DNA of 64,000 nucleotides. It comes from Candidatus Poribacteria bacterium (GTDB lineage Bacteria; Poribacteria; WGA-4E; WGA-3G). The notes beneath the pieces are model-generated. The model had not been told where the DNA came from. It did no database searches and saw nothing but the letters and a program-made list of their open reading frames with translations. The stretch spans positions 1,536,001 to 1,600,000 of the forward strand of contig OZ242029.1 in NCBI GenBank assembly GCA_965205015.1. Direction: 5' to 3'. A program made the position numbers and the translations under genes. This document shows positions 50,324 through 59,194 of the stretch, one piece after another. The number at the start of each line of letters is the position of its first letter. The first letter of the stretch is position 1.

Positions 50324-51640
50324 TTATTTAAAATTAATTTCGGGTGCGTGATGTATCTGGGCATTCTCTACTGTTAAGACGTTTGGTTGGTTCAGGTGAT
50401 GCACAAGCGGTTCAGCATGGGTCGCGGTAATGAAGGTTTGCGCACTCAAATTTTGGAGGACGTTTAATAGGTACTCTGTCCGCTTGTAATCTAATTCTGA
50501 GGTGACGTCGTCCAGAAGGACGATCGGATCCTGCTTGGTTACGGCTCGGATTAACTCTAATTCTGCCAGTTTAAGTGCTAATGCTATCGTCCGTTGTTGG
50601 CCCTGGGACCCGTAAGCTCGCGCTCCCTCTCGAAATATTCTAATTTCAGATCTTGGGAGTAGATTTTGGCTTTCGGACTGTTCCTTGTCCGCCTCGTTAG
50701 CGTCTGTGCCTTCCAAACCAGGGCTGGGTGTTGCAGGCACGTTCTCCAATTCGATGAGGAAATCGTCGCGATGTGGTCCGATGAGGGTTGTTCCTCTTTG
50801 TAGATCAGCACCACGCGATGCGTTTAAAGCTGCGTCGAAATGCTTTTCTATCTCGGTTTCGGTTTTGGCTTCAAGGAACCCAACCTCTGGCTCGTCTATT
50901 GGATTTTCGGCATCTTCATCCGCATTACGTATTAATGCGGAGCAATACGTCAATGCCAAGTTTTCTTTACCACCGGTGAGTTTTTGGTGGTTTTGCATGG
51001 CGTAGGATTTTAATTCGTGAAAAATTTCTAAACGCTTTATGATAATTGCAGTACCATGTGTAATTAAAAGTTTGTCCCAGACATCCAATTGGACCGTATC
51101 GACGAACGTCGTGCGAATTTGTTTAAGGAGTTCGTTCCGTTGCTTGAGAACCAGTCTGTATTTCTGCAAATTTTTTAGGTAGATATTGTCGATTTGTGAA
51201 ATGAGCAAGTCCAAAAACCTTCGGCGTTCTGCAGGTCCGCCCTTCACCAATATTAATGATTCTGGTGAGAAGAGCACTGCATTAAACTGCCCAATCCATT
51301 CAGAACGTTTCGTTTGAAGCACTCCATTCTTTTTCAGTTTAAACTGCCCACGCGCGCGCTTCATCGCTTCAAGCGACATCACGTCGTTACTCCTATTTCC
51401 CAGCGTTCCTTTCAAATAAAATCCTGCTTCGTTGTGCCGAATGAGTTCACCATCGCGAGTTGCTCGGTGCGATTCAGCAGTACAAAGGAAATAAATTGCT
51501 TCAAGTAGACTCGTTTTCCCTTGCGCGTTGCCGCCAATAATTAGATTGACGGGCGTGGAAAAACTCACCTCACAATCGACATAGTTTCGAAAGTTGCGGA
51601 GAACAATATGATTGAGCAGCATATTTGTTTTATATTCCAA
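50324..51640 (-). CDS. recF: DNA replication/repair protein RecF
   Basis: NFRNY, GGNAQGKTS, GGPAERRRFLD, GPHRDD, SQGQQR, LLDDVTSELD. Confidence 0.96.
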   Translation of the reverse strand: MEYKTNMLLNHIVLRNFRNYVDCEVSFSTPVNLIIGGNAQGKTSLLEAIYFLCTAESHRATRDGELIRHNEAGFYLKGTLGNRSNDVMSLEAMKRARGQFKLKKNGVLQTKRSEWIGQFNAVLFSPESLILVKGGPAERRRFLDLLISQIDNIYLKNLQKYRLVLKQRNELLKQIRTTFVDTVQLDVWDKLLITHGTAIIIKRLEIFHELKSYAMQNHQKLTGGKENLALTYCSALIRNADEDAENPIDEPEVGFLEAKTETEIEKHFDAALNASRGADLQRGTTLIGPHRDDFLIELENVPATPSPGLEGTDANEADKEQSESQNLLPRSEIRIFREGARAYGSQGQQRTIALALKLAELELIRAVTKQDPIVLLDDVTSELDYKRTEYLLNVLQNLSAQTFITATHAEPLVHHLNQPNVLTVENAQIHHAPEINFK

Positions 51641-51820
51641 ACAGGTAAATAAATCGTTGTTGCAAAGTTAGGAAACTGTATCTGCTGAGAGAAAGGAAAG
51701 TTGTACGTATTGTCTTATTAAAACATTTATCTATTTGTGTTAACCAATTTAACTTTTGATTCTTATTGAAAATTTTTTCTTCCTGCTTAACAATTTTTTC
51801 TTTTCTTGGCGATTTCTGAG

Positions 51821-52083
51821 TTATCCACAATTCTAATATTAGTACTAATTACGATATATATATTAAATTGTAGTAGTAGTAGTAGGGGCTGTGGATAAGT
51901 GGATAACTCGCTTAAACCCTTGTGGCCATTGACTTTAGCCTGTGGATAACCTGTGGATAACTTTTTGACTTATCCACAGGTTATCCACAATTTTTTTAAA
52001 TTTCTGACTTATCCACAATTTATCCACAATTTATCCACAATGAATAACGGAGTTATCCACAGGTTATCCACAGGTTATCCACA
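51821..52083. other. oriC: Chromosomal replication origin oriC
   Basis: 12 perfect TTATCCACA boxes plus one near-perfect. AT-rich tract. (TAG)5 DnaA-trios at 51871-51885 next to GGGC and a box. Confidence 0.95.
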
Positions 52084-52168
52084 GGTTTAAGGTGCTTCAT
52101 AAGGCTAAAAAAGGGATGATTTAGCGTTGAAAAGTGGAAATTCGGGACGATAGGCCTCGCGGATTAAG

Positions 52169-53566
52169 TTAACGGAATTGGTCGAGTAATAGGATAATCA
52201 CTTGTCGATCTTCGCCATTTTCCTCAATAATTTTTTCTATTTGTCTACAGGCATGGAGGACAGTGGTATGATCTTCCCTATTAAATGCTTGGGCTATATT
52301 TGAATATGACAGTTGCGTCAGTTCTCTGCACATGTACATAGCGATCTGACGCGGTTGCACCAATTCCTTTGTGCGTTTCTGAGAGACGAGATCCTCTGTT
52401 TCGATTCCGAAGTAATCGGCGACGGCTATTTGTATGGCTCTGGATGTAGCCGTTTTTCGGTGTCGGATGGGGGCAGGGGTCCCGAAATCACTCAGCACCT
52501 GCCGCGCGAATTCCAGGGTCAAATCTTCTTTGAGGATTGTGGCTTGCGCGATGAGTCTTGTAAGCGTTCCCTCAAGTTCTCGAATATTGGTGGTGACGAC
52601 TTCGGCGAGGTAACTGAGTACATCATCAGAGAGGTTTTCTAATCCTTGGTCTCGGCATTTCTGCCGGAGAATAGCGATACGTATTTCATATTGTGGCATG
52701 CTGATTTCGGCGACCATGCCTGATTGAAACCGAGATTGAAGGCGTTCTTCAAGGTTCACGAGGTTGTCTGGTGTCCGGTCGCTGGTCATGACTATCTGGT
52801 TTTGATGCATGTGAAGGGCATTGAAGGTATTAAAAAACTCCTCTTGTGTTCCCTCCTTGGCTTGTAAGAACTGTATATCATCAATCAGGAGCATATCTGC
52901 GGTTCGGTATTTCGCCCGGAATCCTTGCGCCGATCCGCGGTTGACGATGGACTCGATGTACTCGTTCATAAAGGTTTCTGATGTGACGTAGAGGACTTTC
53001 TTATCGGGTTGGTTTGCTAAGAGTCGGTTCCCAATTGCGTGTAGCAGGTGGGTTTTCCCCAATCCCACGCCGCCATAAATAAAGAGCGGGTTATAGTCAT
53101 GTCCGGGATTTTCCGAAACGGCTATGGCTGTGGCGTGACAAATCATATTGCTGGAACCAACAATGAATCTATCGAACCGATAGGTAGGATTCAATCCCGT
53201 CTCATTCTGTGTTGGTGGAATGGAGGCGTGCGTATCGGATGTCTGTCTTGAATTAGGCAATTGGTTAAGATTCTCTGTGTTCTGCGTTCTCCCAAAGTCT
53301 TCGCTGTCTTCCGAGGTCGGTTCGTCTACAGTAAGAATGAGGGCACATTGTGCCCCGATGAGTGTTGCTAATACACGTTGAATATCGGCACGAAAACGCT
53401 CCTCAATCCTTGCACGCGTGTATGCAGAAGGGACAGCTATATTTAGTGCCTCTGCTGTAATTGACAGCGGGACGGCTTGGTGAAGATAGACATCCTGCCT
53501 CGCTGTATCGCTGAGTTTTTCTAATATTTCCAGCCAGATTTCATTTGGGGTGTGCCGCATGAGCAT
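52169..53566 (-). CDS. dnaA: Chromosomal replication initiator DnaA
   Basis: YNPLFIYGGVGLGKTHL, LLIDDIQF, QEEFF, NIRELEG, RQIAMY, DHTTVLHA. Confidence 0.98.
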   Translation of the reverse strand: MLMRHTPNEIWLEILEKLSDTARQDVYLHQAVPLSITAEALNIAVPSAYTRARIEERFRADIQRVLATLIGAQCALILTVDEPTSEDSEDFGRTQNTENLNQLPNSRQTSDTHASIPPTQNETGLNPTYRFDRFIVGSSNMICHATAIAVSENPGHDYNPLFIYGGVGLGKTHLLHAIGNRLLANQPDKKVLYVTSETFMNEYIESIVNRGSAQGFRAKYRTADMLLIDDIQFLQAKEGTQEEFFNTFNALHMHQNQIVMTSDRTPDNLVNLEERLQSRFQSGMVAEISMPQYEIRIAILRQKCRDQGLENLSDDVLSYLAEVVTTNIRELEGTLTRLIAQATILKEDLTLEFARQVLSDFGTPAPIRHRKTATSRAIQIAVADYFGIETEDLVSQKRTKELVQPRQIAMYMCRELTQLSYSNIAQAFNREDHTTVLHACRQIEKIIEENGEDRQVIILLLDQFR

Positions 53567-53636
53567 ATTTCCTGTAAGAACCTATGATACAATCATGATG
53601 CCATTCTTATGAAAAAAATCATTATTTATAAAAAAT

Positions 53637-53665
53637 ATCATACCATTATATTCCAGAAATGTCAA
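53637..53665 (-). promoter_or_regulatory. Sigma-70 promoter of dnaA
   Basis: TTGACA-N17-TATGAT on the minus strand. Confidence 0.7.
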
Positions 53666-53789
53666 CATTTTTTGTAGAAGACTTTTTTAGATTTGTAATT
53701 TATGGGGCAACTCCTGCTGACAAAATATTCTGGACTGAAATCGAAATTTTATCAAGTTAGTTCTTTGTTAAGCAAGCGGTACAAAAAAT

Positions 53790-53818
53790 TTGACAAATAT
53801 CCATAAATAGGGTATCAT
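53790..53818 (+). promoter_or_regulatory. Sigma-70 promoter of rpmH
   Basis: TTGACA-N17-TATCAT. Confidence 0.7.
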
Positions 53819-53867
53819 TTTAAAGCCACGCGTAAAATCATTCGTTAGTAAAAGGAAAATTAAAAAC

Positions 53868-54002
53868 ATGAAGCGTACCTATCAACCGCATCGTCGGAAA
53901 CGGAAAAATAAACTGGGCTTCCGTAAACGGATGTCCACCCGGCATGGAAGGCAAACGATTTCGCGCCGTCGCGCGAAGGGACGGAAAGTCCTGAGTGCCT
54001 GA
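53868..54002 (+). CDS. rpmH: 50S ribosomal protein L34 (not in the ORF track)
   Basis: Hand translation [44 protein letters not shown]. Divergent from dnaA. Confidence 0.97.
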   Translation: MKRTYQPHRRKRKNKLGFRKRMSTRHGRQTISRRRAKGRKVLSA

Positions 54003-54079
54003 AAAAAGACTTTATAGCATACTTCGCATGAAAGGGACAGTCAGGTATTTGGCGGTTGCTTTTTCTTTCCTCGTTGTGG

Positions 54080-54225
54080 AACCGTAATCCGTAATGAAAT
54101 GGAGGGGTTTTGCTTGGTGTTTTTTGCTTGGGTGTTTCTGCGTATTTCTGCGTATTTCTTCAGATTCGAGGAAGGCGCGTCAAAATTGAGACCCACGTTG
54201 TTCTCCCGCAAGGTGAAATTAAAAA
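54080..54225 (+). repeat. Family 2 repeat ending at the ispH start codon
   Basis: CCGTAATGAAATGGAGGGGTTTTGCTTGG...TTTTTGCTTGGGTGTTTCTGCG...CCGCAAGGTGAAATTAAAAA-ATG. Confidence 0.75.
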
Positions 54226-55560
54226 ATGCCGCGAACTTTTAAACTCCCTCACTTCTATCACAGTCCGGTGATCTCTGTCGTGAAGCATGCCCGTCGAGAG
54301 TTGGATGCCCGAAAGCGAGACCTCTCACCGACCTTATTGGATTTCGGACCCGTCCGTTTTAAAATCGCTCGTCATTTTGGGTTCTGCTACGGCGTTGAAA
54401 ATGCCATTGAGATCGCCTATCAGGCGTTAGCGGAAAACCCGGACAAGCGTATTTTTCTACTCTCCGAAATTATTCACAACCCGCGGGTCAACGAAAACCT
54501 GAAACATCGAGGTGTCCGGTTCCTAATGGACACCGCCGGAACGCCACTCCTCCCCTTTGATATTCTAATGCCTGACGATGTTGTCATCGTTCCTGCCTTT
54601 GGAACGACTCTTGAAGTAGAACAGGCACTCAGCGCGCGCGGCGTCACCCTCACAGCCTATAACACGACGTGTCCGTTCGTTGAAAAGGTGTGGCGGCGGA
54701 GTGAGGAAATCGGAAATCAGGATTACACGGTCGTCATTCACGGAAAACGCTACCATGAAGAAACCCGGGCGACCTTTTCCCATGCACAAGCAGGCGCGCC
54801 TGTGGTCGTTGTTCGTGACCTGTCGGAGGCGCAAGCTTTAGCCGCGGTGATATCGGGTGAAAAGGATGCCGCGTTCTTCTTTGAAAAGTTTGCAGACCGA
54901 TTCTCTCCGGGGTTTGATCCCACTGTTCACCTCAAGCGCATCGGTGTTGTCAACCAGACGACGATGCTTGCTACCGAAACACAGGCAATCGCCGATTTAT
55001 TACGAGAGGCGATCCGGACGACTTACGGGGACGCTGAGGACGCTGATATAGGGGCACATTTCGCCGATACGAGAGACACGCTCTGTTATGCCACGAAGGA
55101 GAACCAAGACGCAACGCTCGCCCTCATTGGGGATGGTGGTGACATTGCAGTCGTCGTCGGAGGCTATAATTCCTCGAATACAAGCCATCTTGTGGAGCTT
55201 TGTCAACAACGTCTCCCTACGTATTTCATTCGGGATGCGGACGAGTTACTGAGCCCTACGGAGATTCGGCATCTTGAGTTGGAAACAAAGCAGGTGACGA
55301 TCACGAAGGATTGGCTTTTTCCAAAAAGTAGTCAGCAGTCAGCGGTCAGTGGTCAGCAAGAGGGTATCCCGTTACCAGAGACCTCTTTACCGATGGCTGA
55401 AAGTCGACAGTCGACAGTTATTCCTACTGACATTGTGTTGACTGCTGGTGCCTCTTGTCCTGATGTGTTGCTGGACGAGGTATTACAAAAAATCGTCGGA
55501 TGGTTTCCAAATAGCCGCTCCGTAGAGGAAGTCCTGGAGAGTTATCAACCTGAAGACTAA
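54226..55560 (+). CDS. ispH: 4-hydroxy-3-methylbut-2-enyl diphosphate reductase
   Basis: GFCYGV, IIHNP, TTCPFV, NQTT, DTLCYAT, GGYNSSNT, TAGASCP. Confidence 0.95.
   Translation: MPRTFKLPHFYHSPVISVVKHARRELDARKRDLSPTLLDFGPVRFKIARHFGFCYGVENAIEIAYQALAENPDKRIFLLSEIIHNPRVNENLKHRGVRFLMDTAGTPLLPFDILMPDDVVIVPAFGTTLEVEQALSARGVTLTAYNTTCPFVEKVWRRSEEIGNQDYTVVIHGKRYHEETRATFSHAQAGAPVVVVRDLSEAQALAAVISGEKDAAFFFEKFADRFSPGFDPTVHLKRIGVVNQTTMLATETQAIADLLREAIRTTYGDAEDADIGAHFADTRDTLCYATKENQDATLALIGDGGDIAVVVGGYNSSNTSHLVELCQQRLPTYFIRDADELLSPTEIRHLELETKQVTITKDWLFPKSSQQSAVSGQQEGIPLPETSLPMAESRQSTVIPTDIVLTAGASCPDVLLDEVLQKIVGWFPNSRSVEEVLESYQPED
55327..55418. repeat. Family 1 repeat inserted in frame in ispH
   Basis: gtcagcagtcagcggtcagtggtcagcAAGAGG...CCTCTTtaccgatggctgaaagtcgacagtcgacag. 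Confidence 0.85.
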
Positions 55561-55825
55561 CATCACTGAAACGATTTTTCCCGACCTCATCTCCATGATG
55601 TCCGCGAGGATGTTGTGGATGCCTCGGTGCTTTGCTCATCCATAACGTGCTGTGTTACTGATGAAGTAACAACAGCCCCTTGCCCTATTTTACCCGAATT
55701 AACTAATATCTTTCACAATACGGTATCAGCGGGTATCGCTGTACCTGTTTTTTCTGCCCGTCCCACCTCCGTTTTGTCCAGCGGAGATGGAACGGTTTTT
55801 TTGTGGCATTGGGTCTTCTATGTTA

Positions 55826-55945
55826 TGCACCCTTTCTCACTAAAACCGTGTCTTTAAATTATAAAAACATAAGTAATGTTTAAACCGAACTCGCGTTAAA
55901 TTTAAGAATGCACCCTTTTGACCGAAACGTGTGTCCTTAAATTAT
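55826..55945 (+). promoter_or_regulatory. Tandem putative ECF-type promoters upstream of the sigma-54 activator
   Basis: TGCACC-N16-GTGTC(T/C)TTAAATTATA at 55826 and 55909. Confidence 0.5.
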
Positions 55946-56016
55946 AGAGAAAACGTATGTTTGATAAAAGTGGCATGTTGGGTTATCATAGGTAGATCGG
56001 AGAACCTCAATTTACA

Positions 56017-57006
56017 ATGGCAAGAAATACATTACGTGGAGATTATAGTGACATCATCGGCGAGAGTCCGCAGATGCTTGAAGTCCTACACCAAATTGAA
56101 AACGTCGCAGCGACATCGATGAGAATCCTCATTTTTGGCGAAACGGGGACGGGTAAAGGGATGGTCGCGCGTGCGCTGCACAAAAACAGCAATAGATCGG
56201 GAAAAATGGTTTCGCTCAACTGTGCCGCGATACAGGAGACCTTATTGGAAAGTGAGTTGTTTGGACATGAGAAAGGCGCGTTTACAAGTGCCGAGGCACG
56301 GCGTATCGGGAGGTTTGAAAGGGCAGACAAAGGGACACTCTTCTTGGATGAAATCACGGAAATGCCGCTTTCTATGCAGTCGAAACTGTTACATGCAGTT
56401 GAAGAATCTGATATTGAACGCGTCGGTGGCGAAAAGCCGATTCCGGTAGATGTCCGAATCGTAACGGCTACCAACAAAGATCTGGCAGAAGCCGTTAGAG
56501 GTGGGAGGTTTCGTGAAGACCTCTATTATCGCTTAAATGTTGCCTCTATTTCCCTGCCGACGCTGGCAGCGCGCCGCGAAGACATTGAAGCGTTAGTCCT
56601 GCACTTTCTTGGGAAGCATCGCCGACCCAATGCATCAGAAATTCTACAGGTAGCACCGAGGACCTTGGTTCTTCTCAAAAGGTATCCTTGGCCCGGAAAT
56701 GTGCGGGAGTTGGAAAATGTCATTGAAAGAGCATCTCACCTTGTTAAAGGGCAGATGCTCTTACCGGAACACTTACCGAAAAAGTTTCATCCATATCATA
56801 ATCACCGATTGCACATCTCTGAAAAATCATCTACACCGGAAAATGACCAAAGCGTAACGGTTCCGCTCGACATGACGCTTGAAGAGGTGGAAGAAACATT
56901 CATCCGTAAGGTGTTAGCATCGCTTGAGGGAAATCGGACCCAAGCTGCAAAAATGTTAGGGATTGGCAGAAGCACGCTGCAAAGGAAGTTGAAAAGGTAT
57001 AATTAG
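56017..57006 (+). CDS. Sigma-54 enhancer-binding protein without an N-terminal regulatory domain
   Basis: Begins directly at IIGES. GETGTGK, ESELFGHEKGAFTSA, WPGNVREL, HTH GNRTQAAKMLGIGRSTL. Confidence 0.92.
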   Translation: MARNTLRGDYSDIIGESPQMLEVLHQIENVAATSMRILIFGETGTGKGMVARALHKNSNRSGKMVSLNCAAIQETLLESELFGHEKGAFTSAEARRIGRFERADKGTLFLDEITEMPLSMQSKLLHAVEESDIERVGGEKPIPVDVRIVTATNKDLAEAVRGGRFREDLYYRLNVASISLPTLAARREDIEALVLHFLGKHRRPNASEILQVAPRTLVLLKRYPWPGNVRELENVIERASHLVKGQMLLPEHLPKKFHPYHNHRLHISEKSSTPENDQSVTVPLDMTLEEVEETFIRKVLASLEGNRTQAAKMLGIGRSTLQRKLKRYN

Positions 57007-57028
57007 AACTTACGCAGGGTGCTTTTTT

Positions 57029-57052
57029 GTAGCATAACCTGTTAGGTTGTGC
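57029..57052 (+). repeat. GTAG-type REP / possible terminator
   Basis: GTAGCATAACCT-GTT-AGGTTGTGC just after the bEBP stop. Confidence 0.5.
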
Positions 57053-57317
57053 CTAAAAAACCTTCTGCGTTTTTAGGTTAGGGCTACGCCTCTCACAGTG
57101 CATGCCACGGTCAAAATTGCGTGAGTCCTGTGGTATTTATTTGGGTGATGCTGGCTCTTGAGGAGGGGATTTTTCGGCTTTTCGTTTTCCTTGTGTAAAA
57201 AACACAGACGTGTTGGCATCGTATAAACGGTATCATCAGTTTTCTGGGCTTGTAGCACTACAGCACTTCCGTAGAACGCGCGAGTGTAGAAACGCAGATG
57301 GAATGATGCGAGTCACA

Positions 57318-57364
57318 TGCATCAATATGGTGCACTGTATCAAAATGAATAGTTCAAAATGGGT
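57318..57364. promoter_or_regulatory. Upstream activator (enhancer) boxes
   Basis: TGCATCAATATGGTGCA (1 mismatch to the NtrC box TGCACCA-N3-TGGTGCA), followed by two weaker TCAAAATG copies, about 190 bp upstream of -24. Confidence 0.65.
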
Positions 57365-57519
57365 CTGCATTCGGCGTAACAATAGAAACCTTGAGGGTAG
57401 GAAGAAGATTCTATTCTTCGGAACAGTTGTGGGTAAACCGAATGTGTACTTGTGTTTTGGGCGTATTGTCATAAATAAGGTTTCTTGATTTCAGTGGATT
57501 CGTATTTTATTGAAGGGAT

Positions 57520-57535
57520 TGGCACGAAGTTTGCT
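57520..57535 (+). promoter_or_regulatory. Sigma-54 -24/-12 promoter
   Basis: TGGCACGAAGTTTGCT = GG-N10-GC consensus. Confidence 0.88.
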
Positions 57536-57835
57536 AACTATGAGGATGTGAGTTTCGACGCAAACGCGTTGGTTCTCATACCAAGTTCACATTTCTTGTA
57601 ATGGCAGTTTCTCTATTTTAAGGTGCGCTGAGGCGCTATCAGCCCCATCAGCGCGGAGAACCCTGCCATAGATAGAGTATGACAGCACTAACCTAATTGT
57701 AGTTCAGAACGCCTTTGTTTGGTGAGATTTTTAGGTTAGTGCCTAATATCAGAGTACAGAGGATTGCCAAAGAGGACAAAATACCACCTTTTTGCCTCCC
57801 TAACGCAATCCATGATAAAAATAGGAGAAAACTTG

Positions 57836-58090
57836 ATGTCCTTTTTGAAAGATAAGAGGGTAGCAGGCACTGTCTCAATCCTTCTTGTGGCAATATTTGC
57901 CGTTGCTTTTTATATGAGTTACATGTCGGGAGCGGAAGCTACCCGTGAAACGATAAATCACTGGCACTACCCAGAGCGGGGGTGGGGCGGGATAGGGCAC
58001 GCAGTATTCCATAAAGGCGTTTCTGATAACTGTGGTGCTGATCATTCTGGAAGTAACATGTGTGGCTGCTATTCGCCGTGTAACTGTTAG
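57836..58090 (+). CDS. Small secreted Cys/His-rich peptide (84 aa)
   Basis: AGGAG RBS. Sec-type signal ending AEA. The 49-aa mature part has 5 His and 5 Cys and ends CGCYSPCNC. Confidence 0.75.
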   Translation: MSFLKDKRVAGTVSILLVAIFAVAFYMSYMSGAEATRETINHWHYPERGWGGIGHAVFHKGVSDNCGADHSGSNMCGCYSPCNC

Positions 58091-58174
58091 TATTTTTCTC
58101 AAAAAACATTGCCCCTTCGCGGTCACACTTTTGGTGGCTGTGAGGGGGCAATATGCACAGGAGGTCTTTACACA

Positions 58175-59194
58175 ATGAATTCACAGAAAGGAATTTCTCC
58201 CCGTACTACCGCGATAGTTGGCATTTTGGTTGTGTTGCTGAGTGTCGTCCTCTATTTATACATGCGGTATGATACACAGAAGTTTGTAGCAAGTTTGCCA
58301 GAAGTCCCGAAGACACCCCCCGATGCATCGCTATCCCCGGTTTCATTCACCGAGACGATTTCTTCTACCTCTGCACCTGAAGAGGTTTCTTCTATCTCTG
58401 CATCTGAAGACGTTTCTTCCATCTCTGAACCTGAAGAGGTTCAGGAAACAAAGCAAGAAAAAAAACAAGCCTCAGCAGGTGCCAGCAGTAAGCACGTGGG
58501 ATGTAACCACGCAGGAAGTCACACCCATGGAGCAGGAGGTCACACCCATGGGGACGAAAATACGGAAGATGTACGCAGAAACGAACCAGAACGTTATGGG
58601 GGCTTGACGATTGATGAACTAAATGACTTAGTTCTCGAACTGAGTCAAACAAATGTCCCGAATTTTGAAGAAAGGTTTGATTTATTAGAGGCGGCACTTA
58701 TTGATAAGTTGGGACCCAACCCTGATATTCCAAGGTTGATAGCCAAGTCTAAAATTTTACATATCGCAGATGACATGGCACTCACACTGGACTATAGTGA
58801 CGCAGCGGAGGTAGATAAATATCTCGGCTATGAACCAATAGCAGTCGCTAAGGAGGTAGTCGAGCTCTCTGCCAATATATATGGATACGATGAAGAAGTG
58901 TTCGCAGCATTCGACGCTGCTATACAGGATAAGGCAAAAGAAATAGAGAACATCAAACTCCTCCAAGAGACACGTCCCCTCATACAATCTGCTATTGATG
59001 CGGGTGATCTTTCTCCCGAAGAAGGGGAAGCTGTCATAAAAGACGCAACCGGATTGAATGTTTCCCTGCGCCGGAAGAAGAACACCTCCACTGTGAATGA
59101 ACAGGCATCTCCGGCAGAAAATCCAAGGGGGGCAAGGGGGACAACATTGCCTAAGGATGTTGGCGGAAACACGCCAGATTTTTCTGGAGACTAG
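58175..59194 (+). CDS. Membrane-anchored protein with Ser/Thr-rich repeats and a His-rich tract
   Basis: CAGGAGGT RBS, N-terminal TM, 3x27-bp tandem repeat at about 58359-58440, HVGCNHAGSHTHGAGGHTHG. Confidence 0.75.
   Translation: MNSQKGISPRTTAIVGILVVLLSVVLYLYMRYDTQKFVASLPEVPKTPPDASLSPVSFTETISSTSAPEEVSSISASEDVSSISEPEEVQETKQEKKQASAGASSKHVGCNHAGSHTHGAGGHTHGDENTEDVRRNEPERYGGLTIDELNDLVLELSQTNVPNFEERFDLLEAALIDKLGPNPDIPRLIAKSKILHIADDMALTLDYSDAAEVDKYLGYEPIAVAKEVVELSANIYGYDEEVFAAFDAAIQDKAKEIENIKLLQETRPLIQSAIDAGDLSPEEGEAVIKDATGLNVSLRRKKNTSTVNEQASPAENPRGARGTTLPKDVGGNTPDFSGD

Noticed and set aside
51941-52083. CRISPR-like or tandem repeat array
   Set aside because: The units are 9-bp DnaA boxes without unique spacers. 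No cas genes.
55561-55830. Possible decayed ABC-ATPase C-terminal fragment on the minus strand (…IHNILADIMEMRSGKIVSV)
   Set aside because: Short, broken across frames, no Walker motifs. Too weak to call.
57474-57490. IHF site between the enhancer and the sigma-54 promoter
   Set aside because: AATCAAGAAACCTTA matches only the WATCAA half; the TTR is out of register.
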